This document shows positions 27,487 through 37,053 of a stretch of 42,509 bases of DNA, one piece after another. Position 1 is the first letter of the stretch; each line of letters opens with the position of its first letter. The stretch comes from Dehalococcoidia bacterium (GTDB lineage Bacteria > Chloroflexota > Dehalococcoidia > Lucifugimonadales > UBA2985), in contig CAUZSC010000001.1 in the NCBI GenBank assembly GCA_963582505.1, positions 1 to 42,509 on the forward strand. Reading direction: 5' to 3'. The translations under genes and the position numbers were made by a program. The notes beneath the pieces were generated by a model, which ran no database searches, was not told the origin of the DNA, and worked only from the letters and a program-made list of their open reading frames with translations.

Positions 27487-28080
27487 TTAGTTTAACAATT
27501 CAAGTAGCCAGTTACGCCCTTCTATAGAAGCTGGGTGTATCTGCCTACCACTAGATATCATGCTGCTTATCTCTTCCTCCAGAAAGGTTAATATAGCTTG
27601 ATCTAAATTCTTTTCGGCCAGGTTCTGCTTATCAGTCATATCGTTAAAACGAGAGGCTTTATTTGGATCCAGTTTATCTGCAAGATAAGTAACTTTAGCA
27701 ATAGGCCCTAATCCACGATTAAATGTAGAATGCCACCAAATCGCCTCAAGTATTTCTGAATCACTTATCTCAAATTCTCTGGAAAGTATTTCTGCTCCAA
27801 CAGGACCATGAAGCAGCATTCTTATCTTATCTTCCACGGGGTGAATTTCTATGTTGTATTCTATGGCTCTGGAATACAGTTCATCGTCCTTCATAACTCT
27901 TGCGATATCATGACACAGTCCTGATAATCCTGCCTTCTCAGAGTCCAATCCATGTATATATGCGAGTTCTTTAGCTTTATTGCTGGCCCTAAGTAAATGT
28001 TCCTTAAGTCCCAGTGGTAAATTATTCAGATAGGAATCTAGTTTTGCATTCCCACTTAATATCTCAACATCTTCAGGCAT
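27487..28080 (-). CDS. yqeK: HD-domain bis(5'-nucleosyl)-tetraphosphatase, YqeK family
   Basis: 197 aa with GLCHDIAR, LLHGPVGAEIL, WWHSTF and YLADKLDPNK motifs. Confidence 0.78.
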   Translation of the reverse strand: MPEDVEILSGNAKLDSYLNNLPLGLKEHLLRASNKAKELAYIHGLDSEKAGLSGLCHDIARVMKDDELYSRAIEYNIEIHPVEDKIRMLLHGPVGAEILSREFEISDSEILEAIWWHSTFNRGLGPIAKVTYLADKLDPNKASRFNDMTDKQNLAEKNLDQAILTFLEEEISSMISSGRQIHPASIEGRNWLLELLN

Positions 28081-28108
28081 TTAAATAAAATCCTCTGTCT
28101 AATAATAT

Positions 28109-29182
28109 TTAATGAATCTCTGTATCTTCAGTAGTAAACAATACCAATTGACCGGTCTCTCGAAATCCGGAAACACCTATACCTAACAAACGAAATTCCA
28201 GTCCTGGTTTCATCTCTTTTTCTAATAAATCCATAGAAATCTGGAATATTATACCCGTATCTTCAGTAATGTATGTGAGTGTGTGCTGGCGAGTAAACGT
28301 AGTAAAATCTGATAGCCTCAATTTCAGTGAGATTGTTTTGAACATAAGGCCATTTTTCCTGACTCTTGTAGATAATTTATCAGATAATTTTTTGAGTTCA
28401 GACTTCAAAACTGCTGGGTCTATTATATCCTCTGAAAGAGTGGTCTCTACACTAACCGATTTAGTCTCCCGTGATGTAGACACCTCGGATAAATCTTCCC
28501 CCAGCGCTCTCGACTGAAGTTCCATCCCCCTTTTCCCCAATACCCTTAATACCCATTCACTATCCCTTTCAGCTAAGTCTCCGATCTTATCAATGCCATG
28601 TTGCTTCAATACAGATTCAGTTTTTGGACCTACTCCCCAAAGAATACCGACATTCAATGGGTTAAGGAATGATCTCTCCTGACCAGACTTTATCAATAGC
28701 AGCCCATCAGGTTTAGCCATTTGTGATGCGATTTTCGCGACAGTCTTAGATGTACCGCCTCCAACTGTGATTGCTAAACCAGTATGTTCTCTAACTGATA
28801 ATTTGAGTTGACTACCTATGCCTTCTAATGCGGATTCATTGAATACCTCTTTGCTGATATCAAGGTAGGCTTCGTCCAAAGATAGTGGTTCGACTAAATG
28901 AGTCAATTCACGAAATAGGCTCATGACCTGGTTAGACACTTCTCTATATCTCGTAAACCTCGGAGGAACTCTTATAATATTGGAGTATAGTCGAATAGCT
29001 GTAACCATTGGCATTGCTGAGCGTATTCCATACTTTCTCGCCTCGTATGAAGCAGCAGCGACTACACCTCTGCTTGCCGGAGACCCCCCTACTACTAAAG
29101 GTAATCCTCTGAATGCTGGATGGTCTAGTTGCTCAACAGATGCATAAAAAGCATCCATGTCTGCATGTAGTATGTATCTCAT
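28109..29182 (-). CDS. dinB: DNA polymerase IV
   Basis: 357 aa with ILHADMDAFYASVEQ, SLDEAYLD and the Y-family little-finger region. Confidence 0.9.
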   Translation of the reverse strand: MRYILHADMDAFYASVEQLDHPAFRGLPLVVGGSPASRGVVAAASYEARKYGIRSAMPMVTAIRLYSNIIRVPPRFTRYREVSNQVMSLFRELTHLVEPLSLDEAYLDISKEVFNESALEGIGSQLKLSVREHTGLAITVGGGTSKTVAKIASQMAKPDGLLLIKSGQERSFLNPLNVGILWGVGPKTESVLKQHGIDKIGDLAERDSEWVLRVLGKRGMELQSRALGEDLSEVSTSRETKSVSVETTLSEDIIDPAVLKSELKKLSDKLSTRVRKNGLMFKTISLKLRLSDFTTFTRQHTLTYITEDTGIIFQISMDLLEKEMKPGLEFRLLGIGVSGFRETGQLVLFTTEDTEIH

Positions 29183-29326
29183 AGATATCCTTCGTTGATT
29201 ATTCTACTCTATAGTTTGATATCAGAGGAATGCCCTTATATGGAGACTGAATGGACATACGTGATAGAATCTTCAAGGTTCAATATAATCCATATTCCTA
29301 AATGTAAATATTTTCTAGAGCAGAAC

Positions 29327-30349
29327 ATGTTAAATGAACAAGTAAACAGACAAATAATATTAGACAGTAGACCCACGGGTTATCCGACATCTTCCAATTT
29401 CCGTATGCTCGAATCAAATATTCCAAGTCCTAAGGAAGGGCAAGTACTTATCCGTACTATCTGGTTATCAGTAGACCCTTATATGAGAGGCAGAATAAGT
29501 GATGCCCCTTCATATACTCCTCCACACCCAGTAGGCGTTACTATGCCAGGTGGCACAGTTGGTAAGGTAGTGGTCAGTCTAAATGCAAAGTTCCCGGTCG
29601 GAACTTTCGTATCAATATCTTCTGGATGGCAAGATTATTCAATATCAGATGGCAGTAACGTGCGTATTGTAGACCCAGCATCAGTTCCTATATCTACCGC
29701 TTTAGGAATACTTGGTATGCCTGGACTTACAGCCTATCATGGCTTATTTGAAATAGGCAGGCCACAGGCTGGGGAAACAGTGGTGGTGTCTGGAGCATCA
29801 GGTGCTGTTGGAGCAATAGTTGGACAGTTGGCGAAATTAGCTGGTTGTAGGGTAATAGGTATTGCGGGCAGCGATGCCAAGATTAGATATTTATTAGATG
29901 AATTGGGATTTGATTCTGTCATAAATTACAAAGCCGAATCCGTAGAAGATCAATTAAAAGACAGTTGTCCTCAAGGTATAGATGTATATTTTGACAATGT
30001 AGGAGGATCTATAACCGATGCGGCTATGGATAATCTCGCATATAAAGCCAGAATAATAATCTGTGGACAGATATCACAATATAACCTGCAAGAACCTGAT
30101 CTTGGTCCACGTAACTTACGTCAGCTATTAGTGAATCAGGCAAGCATGGAGGGGTTCATTGTTGGAAGATTCGCAGATAAATCAGAATCGGCCCGCCAAA
30201 GACTCACAGACCTTCTTATGCAGGGTAAGCTCAAGTATATGGAAGATATAGTGAATGGACTTGAGAACGCCCCAGAGGCATTCATGGGATTATTTCACGG
30301 AAACAATTTTGGGAAAATGTTGGTTCGGGTATCTTCAGACATAGACTAA
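29327..30349 (+). CDS. NADP-dependent oxidoreductase, zinc-free MDR (alkenal/enone reductase, YncB/CurA/PTGR-like)
   Basis: The track starts at 29195. ATG 29327 gives a typical 340-aa protein (MLNEQVNRQIILDSRPTGYP). The cofactor motif is VVVSGASGAVGAIVGQLAKLAGCRVIGIAGS. Confidence 0.8.
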   Translation: MLNEQVNRQIILDSRPTGYPTSSNFRMLESNIPSPKEGQVLIRTIWLSVDPYMRGRISDAPSYTPPHPVGVTMPGGTVGKVVVSLNAKFPVGTFVSISSGWQDYSISDGSNVRIVDPASVPISTALGILGMPGLTAYHGLFEIGRPQAGETVVVSGASGAVGAIVGQLAKLAGCRVIGIAGSDAKIRYLLDELGFDSVINYKAESVEDQLKDSCPQGIDVYFDNVGGSITDAAMDNLAYKARIIICGQISQYNLQEPDLGPRNLRQLLVNQASMEGFIVGRFADKSESARQRLTDLLMQGKLKYMEDIVNGLENAPEAFMGLFHGNNFGKMLVRVSSDID

Positions 30350-30378
30350 AACCTTAGGCGATAATAGGAGGATAAATC

Positions 30379-31326
30379 ATGGCTATTTTTCTTACCGAAG
30401 AAGATGTAATACGTCTTTTACCTATAAATGAAGCTGTAAATTCTTTAGAGGCAGCTTTTATTGAACAGGCCAATGGTACTGGTATGAATCATCCGAGAAG
30501 TCGCACTGCATCTAATGACCTAAGTGTCACTATGATGGTAGCAGTACTTGGACAAAGTGGATTTGGTGGTTTCAAAGTAATGGGTAGTGGTGGCTCTATG
30601 GTTACGCTTTACGGCGGAGAAAAACAAGAACTCCTTGCCATCATTGAATCTCGTAAATTAGGGCAAATAAGAACTGGAGCTGCGAGTGGTGTAGCAACCA
30701 AGTATATGTCTAAAGAAAATTCATCTTCAGTTGGAGTAATTGGTACAGGGCATCAGGCAATATCCCAATTAACAGCTGTGTGTGCTGTACGTCCTATAAA
30801 AACTATAAAAGCTTATAGTCGCAACGTAGAGAGACGAGAACAATTTTGTCGTGAAATGGCCCACTTATTAGGTGTAGAAGTTATACCAGTATCTTCAGGT
30901 CAGGAAGCAATAGAGCGGACAGACATAGCTATTGCCATCACAAATATAAGGACATTGGATCCAGTTCTAATGGGTGACTGGCTTGAACCTGGTATGCACA
31001 TTAATGCTGCAGGAGCTAATTCTATAGACAGAAGAGAATTAGATGACATAGCTATCACACGCAGTTCTATTATAGCCGTAGATGCCAAAGACCAAGCGGC
31101 ATTAGAATGTGCAGACCTGACTTTGCCTATTTCATCTGGACTCCTCGGTTGGGACAATGTATTCGAGTTGAGCCACATTGTAGCTGGACAAATACCAGGC
31201 AGAAAAAATGATACTGACATAACTTTATTCGAATCACAGGGAATAGGGCTGGAGGATATAGCAGTAGCAACTCACATATACAACAAGGCTAAAGCGGAGG
31301 GTTCTGGCATTAATCTACCATTCTAA
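30379..31326 (+). CDS. Ornithine cyclodeaminase/mu-crystallin family protein
   Basis: 315 aa with IRTGAASGVATKY and the Rossmann motif VGVIGTGHQA. Confidence 0.8.
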   Translation: MAIFLTEEDVIRLLPINEAVNSLEAAFIEQANGTGMNHPRSRTASNDLSVTMMVAVLGQSGFGGFKVMGSGGSMVTLYGGEKQELLAIIESRKLGQIRTGAASGVATKYMSKENSSSVGVIGTGHQAISQLTAVCAVRPIKTIKAYSRNVERREQFCREMAHLLGVEVIPVSSGQEAIERTDIAIAITNIRTLDPVLMGDWLEPGMHINAAGANSIDRRELDDIAITRSSIIAVDAKDQAALECADLTLPISSGLLGWDNVFELSHIVAGQIPGRKNDTDITLFESQGIGLEDIAVATHIYNKAKAEGSGINLPF

Positions 31327-31357
31327 ACGTGATATGTAAGTGGAAATATAGAAATGT

Positions 31358-32152
31358 CTATCGCTTATAAGCTACAACCTTTACACTTACAACTTCAGGC
31401 ATACCATCTTCCTGTGGCCTCGGAGCACCGTCATGCCTAATGTCTATGTCCACAAAGCCTGCCAATTGAAGATGTGATAAGTACTCTTCTTGCTCTTCAG
31501 CTCCAGAGACACAAGACGCCCATTTATGTGGATTATCACGGAATTCTTGTGGCATAGGCCCCAATGCCATTATGTCTGATATATGTATCCTGCCACCCCT
31601 ATTAAGTACTCTGAAAGCTTCTCTAGCCACCGCATCTTTGTCCGGTGATAAGCACACTACACAGTTTGATATAACTACGTCTACGGTGTTATCTGGTAGG
31701 GGAATATCTTCTATGTATCCCTCTAAGAATTCTACGTTGGAGATCCCAAGTCTTTCAGCATTCTTCCGAGCCAAAGATAACATATCTGATGTCATATCCA
31801 CACCTATAACATGCCCGGTAGGACCCACTTGCCTTGCTGCCAAGAAACAATCTATACCACCACCCGAACCTAAATCCAAGACCCTTTCACCAGGGTTGAG
31901 ACCAGCTAGAGCCGTTGGATTACCACAACCAGCAGAGGCTGCAATCGCCTCCAGAGGTATACCTTCCAAATCACCCTGAATATACAAATTTGAAAAGGCT
32001 CCAATAGATTTATCCATTCCTGTCTCAGTCGTACCATCTGCACAGCATGCAGCCTGTATAGGCGTCAGAACTGTCAACTGAGATGCCTGACGTGCTCTTT
32101 CTCCATATCGTTGACGAACATGTTCCTTTATATCACCCTGATTATCTAACAT
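31358..32152 (-). CDS. arsM: Arsenite S-adenosylmethionine methyltransferase-like
   Basis: 264 aa. It has the SAM motif VLDLGSGGGID plus cysteines in the positions expected for ArsM (ACCADG, AGCGNP, SNCV, ASCVSGA). AGGAGG lies 6 nt before the ATG. Confidence 0.75.
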   Translation of the reverse strand: MLDNQGDIKEHVRQRYGERARQASQLTVLTPIQAACCADGTTETGMDKSIGAFSNLYIQGDLEGIPLEAIAASAGCGNPTALAGLNPGERVLDLGSGGGIDCFLAARQVGPTGHVIGVDMTSDMLSLARKNAERLGISNVEFLEGYIEDIPLPDNTVDVVISNCVVCLSPDKDAVAREAFRVLNRGGRIHISDIMALGPMPQEFRDNPHKWASCVSGAEEQEEYLSHLQLAGFVDIDIRHDGAPRPQEDGMPEVVSVKVVAYKR

Positions 32153-32334
32153 ATCATACCTCCTACTCAGCGGCCAATTATCTTAATATTAAACCATCAT
32201 TAATATCTAAAAAGTAAATAAACAGCAAGAAATGCTAACACACCAAGTATTACGTATATTCGTGAACGGAGTCTATTGCTCAATTTAAAATTCCTCACTA
32301 TAGAAGTTTAATTTAACATATGACTGTACTTGTA

Positions 32335-34224
32335 TCAACTATGAATTTTACTACCCCAAATCTGTTCAAGTACATCTAGCAAACCCAAATTCTCCAGTAC
32401 TTCTGGCAATGGGTTGCCAGTCTGATAGTCCAGGCCAGTTACCTCGTAATATTTTTGGTGCATAACTTCCCAATTTTGTATTACGGATTGACCTACTGCA
32501 GGTCCGTCTTTGGGTGTAGAACCATAACGCGGGGATGGCCATTCCATGTCAGGTGTATGACCACACCGAGCACTAAAGGCCCTGAAAAGAGCTGATGTCC
32601 TTTGTCCCAATCTCATTGCTTCTTCTTTAGTGTAATTCCAGCCAGTGACTGCACTTAATGCACCACATATAAGAGTTACAGTAGTCCCCAAAGTGAAATT
32701 ACAAGCTCCTAAGGAATCCTCAAAATGTCGCCTCCCTAAGGCCAGCCCCAAGGATATTGCCACTTCTTCTGGGTCAAATACATTTGCTATTGGTGAGACA
32801 CCAAACTCCTCAGGATGAGCAAGTGGTGATGTCTCTATCGTCCCTATACTACCCACTACCCCAGAAAATAGCTCAGACCATCTACCTCTATGATCGTGCC
32901 CTCTTGGAGTGTTACCTTTACCAGTGAAGACAGCACATTCAAGAGCAGGCGATCCCAATGACTCTGCCGCCCGTTTAACACCTTCGGCTAGTATATTACC
33001 GAAACCTTCCCTATTAGCAGTCATCTGGAGTAATCTGTTTATTCCTTCTATATCTCCCCAATTCAAATCGAACCCTAAATCTTCCTTGCTTATATACCCT
33101 TTCGCGTAACATTCCATCACCCATCCACAAACCCATCCCCACTCATTCACATCGACTCCTGCTTTGTCTACCTGTGTATTCAGCCAGGCAGTATCCGTTG
33201 GATCGAGTACACCTAATTGCGGACCGCAACTGTTATATCCCTCAGATTCTGGCTCATCCACTAATGTGCCTTTATTCGGCCCTTTATTAACTACGTTCAT
33301 ATGACAATGATGCATGCCACAGGATCCACACTGATGACCTCTATGCGAGAATCGCTCTCTCAGAGCAGGTGCTTCCCACTCATGGTGTGTTTCAGGAGTA
33401 GGGAATATATTCGTCTCATAATTTCTTATAGGAACTGCCCCCATCCTATAATTCGTCATTGGCCCACCCAGCGTTCCATAAAGATATCGCTGTCTTAGTG
33501 CTGGGTTATTTTGTAGATCATAAGACATGCTCTCTGCAGCCTGTATAACTCCTGATGTATCGTGAACCTTAATCCCTTTACTCCCTCTGACTATAGCCAC
33601 GCATTTAACTTTCTTGTTTCCCATCACACAGCCACATCCATTCTTACTCGCAACGTGTCCATAATCACCCTCAATAGCAGCAAACCTCACTAAATTTTCA
33701 CCTGCAGGGCCTATACCATACACACTCAACTGATGCCCCGATAATCCATATTCCCTGTAAAGAGAGTCCTGCATATCCCAAGTGTCTTTTCCGAGCAAGT
33801 GTGTGGCATCGCGAAGTTCTACGTCGTCGTCTTGTATATGTAGATATACCCACTTGGATGACTGACCTTGGAATACTATAGCATCATACCCAGAATATTT
33901 TAGATTCACCCCAAAAAACCCGTTTGCCTGAGTAGAGGTCGCTCCGTTAGTCATCGCACCTCTGGTTACAACGTTAAGAGTTCCATTCCCCCAAACTGGC
34001 GTACCAGCCAGTGGTCCAGTTGCCATTATCAGCCTATTATCCGGGTGATCCCAATTCACTTCTTTGGGAACTTCGTCCCAAAGGATTTTTGCACCAAGCG
34101 CGGCTCCTCCAACGTATTGCCTAGTGAATTCTGGATCCAAATTTTCAGTCCATGTCTCACCGGAAGTGAGATCCACTCTCAAAATCTTACCCGCATATCC
34201 TCCAGGCAAATTCATTGCATCCAT
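32335..34224 (-). CDS. Aldehyde:ferredoxin oxidoreductase family (tungstopterin) protein
   Basis: 629 aa. It has the AOR N-terminal domain (GYAGKILRVDLTSGE...YVGGAALGAKILWDE), the Cys cluster HQCGSCGMHHC and the C-terminal AOR domains. Confidence 0.82.
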   Translation of the reverse strand: MDAMNLPGGYAGKILRVDLTSGETWTENLDPEFTRQYVGGAALGAKILWDEVPKEVNWDHPDNRLIMATGPLAGTPVWGNGTLNVVTRGAMTNGATSTQANGFFGVNLKYSGYDAIVFQGQSSKWVYLHIQDDDVELRDATHLLGKDTWDMQDSLYREYGLSGHQLSVYGIGPAGENLVRFAAIEGDYGHVASKNGCGCVMGNKKVKCVAIVRGSKGIKVHDTSGVIQAAESMSYDLQNNPALRQRYLYGTLGGPMTNYRMGAVPIRNYETNIFPTPETHHEWEAPALRERFSHRGHQCGSCGMHHCHMNVVNKGPNKGTLVDEPESEGYNSCGPQLGVLDPTDTAWLNTQVDKAGVDVNEWGWVCGWVMECYAKGYISKEDLGFDLNWGDIEGINRLLQMTANREGFGNILAEGVKRAAESLGSPALECAVFTGKGNTPRGHDHRGRWSELFSGVVGSIGTIETSPLAHPEEFGVSPIANVFDPEEVAISLGLALGRRHFEDSLGACNFTLGTTVTLICGALSAVTGWNYTKEEAMRLGQRTSALFRAFSARCGHTPDMEWPSPRYGSTPKDGPAVGQSVIQNWEVMHQKYYEVTGLDYQTGNPLPEVLENLGLLDVLEQIWGSKIHS

Positions 34225-34460
34225 TAGTCTCTCCTAATTCGAATTATATTAGGGAATTGTGAAACACCATCTTATGTGAATATACAACAACGAAACATTA
34301 GACCACAACCCTGATTATACAAACACAATCTCGTTGATCAATTTATGGAGACCAAAAAATCTATTTCAATTCTGTAATGCGTCATTCCATACATATTATA
34401 CACCGTTTTTCAGTTTAGTTCTGATTTTTACATGAGCGTTCCGTAGTACAATGATGATCA

Positions 34461-34489
34461 TTGACAATATGTAGTACCTTAAATATCAT
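34461..34489 (+). promoter_or_regulatory. Sigma70-like promoter for the fused CoA-transferase gene
   Basis: TTGACA (34461-34466), 17-nt spacer, TATCAT (34484-34489). AAAGGAGG lies just before ATG 34537. The -35 element is flanked by gtagtac(a/c) direct repeats (34443, 34471) and overlaps the palindrome atgatcat. Confidence 0.45.
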
Positions 34490-34536
34490 GAGGATTGTTA
34501 TCGGTTGTGTCCTTGATCTAATCAAAGGAGGAAGAG

Positions 34537-37053
34537 ATGCCACAAGGTGCTCTCGGAGACTTAAAAGTACTAGAGCTCGGGGACTATGTTACCGCTCCTT
34601 GGTGCGCTCGCATACTCTCCAACCTAGGAGCTGAGGTTATCAAAATTGAACCTCCAATAGGTGATAGATCACGCTTGGCAGGACCATTCCCAGGAGATAT
34701 TCCACATTCTGAAAAGAGTGGCCTATACTTATATATCAATGCTGGAAAAACTGGAGTCACATTAGATGTCAGCAATCCTACTGGAAGAAAAATATTCCTA
34801 GAAATGGTAGCCACTGCAGATGTAGTTATAGACAACCACATTCCTAGACAGTTGAAAGAATGGGGACTGGATTACCAGAATCTAAAAAAAGTTAACCCTC
34901 TAATAATACTCACTTCTATAACCCCATTCGGATGGGAAGGTCCTTGGTCAGACTATAAAGGTAATGACTTAACTGCTTTCCACTCTAGTGGAACTGGCCA
35001 AGATACACCTTTCGATTTCGTAAGTTATCCAGAAACCGAGCATCCTCTAAAAGGAGCTGAATACCAAGCAGATATGATGGCCGGATGGACAGCGGCATCC
35101 GCAACAATGGTTGCACTAAGACATAGAGACCTCGTTGGAGAAGGCCAATTAGTAGACGTATCTGCCCAAGAATCCATGGCAACAATGATACGAAACTTCG
35201 TAGCTTCTTGGTCGTACACTGAAGACCCTAGGTCTGGACGGTTGAAGCGTGGGCCAAATCGTGCTCTACAATGCAAAGATGGTCACGTATGCTTAATAGC
35301 CGGTATGGATAATCACTGGGGCTTTCTTAAGCAGATGATGGGCGATCCAGAGTGGGCAAGATCAGATGAACTATCAACCAGAGAAGGCCGTCAAAAACAT
35401 TCTGATTACCTCGATAGTCAACTAGAGATATTTATGTCGAATCACACTAAAGCTGAACTCTTCAGCATGGCTCAAGAATTCCATGTCCCCATGTTCCCAA
35501 TAAGTGACTCTTCTGAGGTTATGGATATAGAACAATATCATTATAGAGAATTTTGGGAGGAAATTGATCACCCTATCGCTGGGAAATTCAAATACCCAGG
35601 GATCCCATACCATTTTTCATCTACACCACCACAAGGAGCAAGTCGCAGTCCTGCCCCATTACTGGGTGAACATAATGAAGAAGTATTTTGCGATAGATTA
35701 GGTTATTCCAAAGAAGATATCCAGAAATTGCATTCTGGAGCAATAACATTCGATATCAGCATCAACCAATTACCTGAGAGCAATCCTGCTCCTTCAACCC
35801 CTGACGCGTCTATCCCAGTTAAACGTAATAATGTGCGACTGCCATTGGAAGGAATCCGTGTAATTGCATTCGAGCTTGGACCAGCAATGTGCCTGCATAC
35901 CCTGTGGATGGCAAGCCTTGGAGCAGAAGTAATCAAAATCGGTAGTGAATTACGTCCAGATACTGGCTATGTAGGTGGATCTCTTCTACATGAAGGAGTC
36001 ACCGATGCAGAATGGAACAGGGCTGGTGCGTTTATGTGCCTTAATTACAACAAGAAAACTTGCAGTATCAACATGCAGGATCCTAAGGGTACTGCATTGG
36101 CACAGAAGCTGATATCCCAATCAGATATAGTGGTTGAAAATTTTACAACTCCGGTGACCAAAAGGTTCGGCTTAACCTATGAATCACTAAAGAAGGTAAA
36201 GTCAGATATAATTTTAGTATCACAATCCTCAATGGGCAGAACCGGACCCGCTGGAGATCTGGTTGGCTGGGGGACTGCGAGCCAAGCATATGCTGGACTG
36301 CCTTTCCTTACTGGCTATGAGGGTGGAAGACCACAGTCTATATGTGCACCCTGGCCAGACCCTATAGTGGGGGTTTCCCTGGTAGCATTAGTATTAGCCG
36401 CACTACGTCATCGTGACCGTACAGGAGAAGGTCAATCGATAGACCTATCCATGACTGAGATGGTGACATCTATGATACCTCAGGCTATTTTAGATTTTCA
36501 AATGAATGGTCGCATCCGCCATCCTCAAGGAAATAGAGATCCAATTATGGTTCCACACAACGTATACAAATGTGCCGGCGACGACAAGTGGGTAGCAATA
36601 GCAGTTGAAACCCAGGAAGAATGGAAATCATTCTGTAAAACCATAGGAAACACAAGCTGGATATCGGACCAACGTTTCTCAGATGGATACTCGAGACGTA
36701 CTAATGAATCTGAATTAGATCGCCTGATAACTGAGTGGACTATACAAAGAAACCATTATGAGATTGTGGATTTACTGCAGTCATCTGGAATAACGTCATC
36801 TCCAGTAATGAATACTATTGATATATTTAACGATCCCACACTAAGGAATAGAGGGTTCTTTCTCAACATAGACCATGCAGATACTGGTCCAAGAGAAGTT
36901 ATGGGGATACCTGTAGTCTATAGTAATTTTGATAAGGTGTTAACCAATTCCGCTCCATCTTTCGGAGAAAATAACGATTACGTATTCAAAGACGTGCTAG
37001 GGTTATCTGGAAGAGAAATTGAAAAATTAATAGAGATTGGCGTGATCCACTAA
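34537..37053 (+). CDS. Tandem-fused family III (CaiB/BaiF) CoA-transferase with two complete modules in one 838-aa chain
   Basis: Module 1 spans aa 1 to about 405 (LKVLELGDYVTAPWCARILSNLGAEVIKIEPP.GD.SR). A Pro/Ser-rich linker follows (PESNPAPSTPDASIP). Module 2 starts at LEGIRVIAFELGPAMCLHTLWMASLGAEVIKIG. Both modules carry the ALRHRD..GEGQ..D.S segment. Confidence 0.82.
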   Translation: MPQGALGDLKVLELGDYVTAPWCARILSNLGAEVIKIEPPIGDRSRLAGPFPGDIPHSEKSGLYLYINAGKTGVTLDVSNPTGRKIFLEMVATADVVIDNHIPRQLKEWGLDYQNLKKVNPLIILTSITPFGWEGPWSDYKGNDLTAFHSSGTGQDTPFDFVSYPETEHPLKGAEYQADMMAGWTAASATMVALRHRDLVGEGQLVDVSAQESMATMIRNFVASWSYTEDPRSGRLKRGPNRALQCKDGHVCLIAGMDNHWGFLKQMMGDPEWARSDELSTREGRQKHSDYLDSQLEIFMSNHTKAELFSMAQEFHVPMFPISDSSEVMDIEQYHYREFWEEIDHPIAGKFKYPGIPYHFSSTPPQGASRSPAPLLGEHNEEVFCDRLGYSKEDIQKLHSGAITFDISINQLPESNPAPSTPDASIPVKRNNVRLPLEGIRVIAFELGPAMCLHTLWMASLGAEVIKIGSELRPDTGYVGGSLLHEGVTDAEWNRAGAFMCLNYNKKTCSINMQDPKGTALAQKLISQSDIVVENFTTPVTKRFGLTYESLKKVKSDIILVSQSSMGRTGPAGDLVGWGTASQAYAGLPFLTGYEGGRPQSICAPWPDPIVGVSLVALVLAALRHRDRTGEGQSIDLSMTEMVTSMIPQAILDFQMNGRIRHPQGNRDPIMVPHNVYKCAGDDKWVAIAVETQEEWKSFCKTIGNTSWISDQRFSDGYSRRTNESELDRLITEWTIQRNHYEIVDLLQSSGITSSPVMNTIDIFNDPTLRNRGFFLNIDHADTGPREVMGIPVVYSNFDKVLTNSAPSFGENNDYVFKDVLGLSGREIEKLIEIGVIH

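Noticed and set aside
23742-28080. Two HD-domain proteins (23742-24302 and yqeK), considered as parts of a nucleotide-signalling or defence module
   Set aside because: They belong to different housekeeping-type HD subfamilies and are separated by unrelated genes. Neither has an adjacent cyclase, nuclease or sensor partner.
37050-37053. 4-nt overlap of the convergent stop codons of the CoA-transferase and MFS genes (CTAA)
   Set aside because: It is real but reflects only a compact genome. No hairpin or other structure is evident there.
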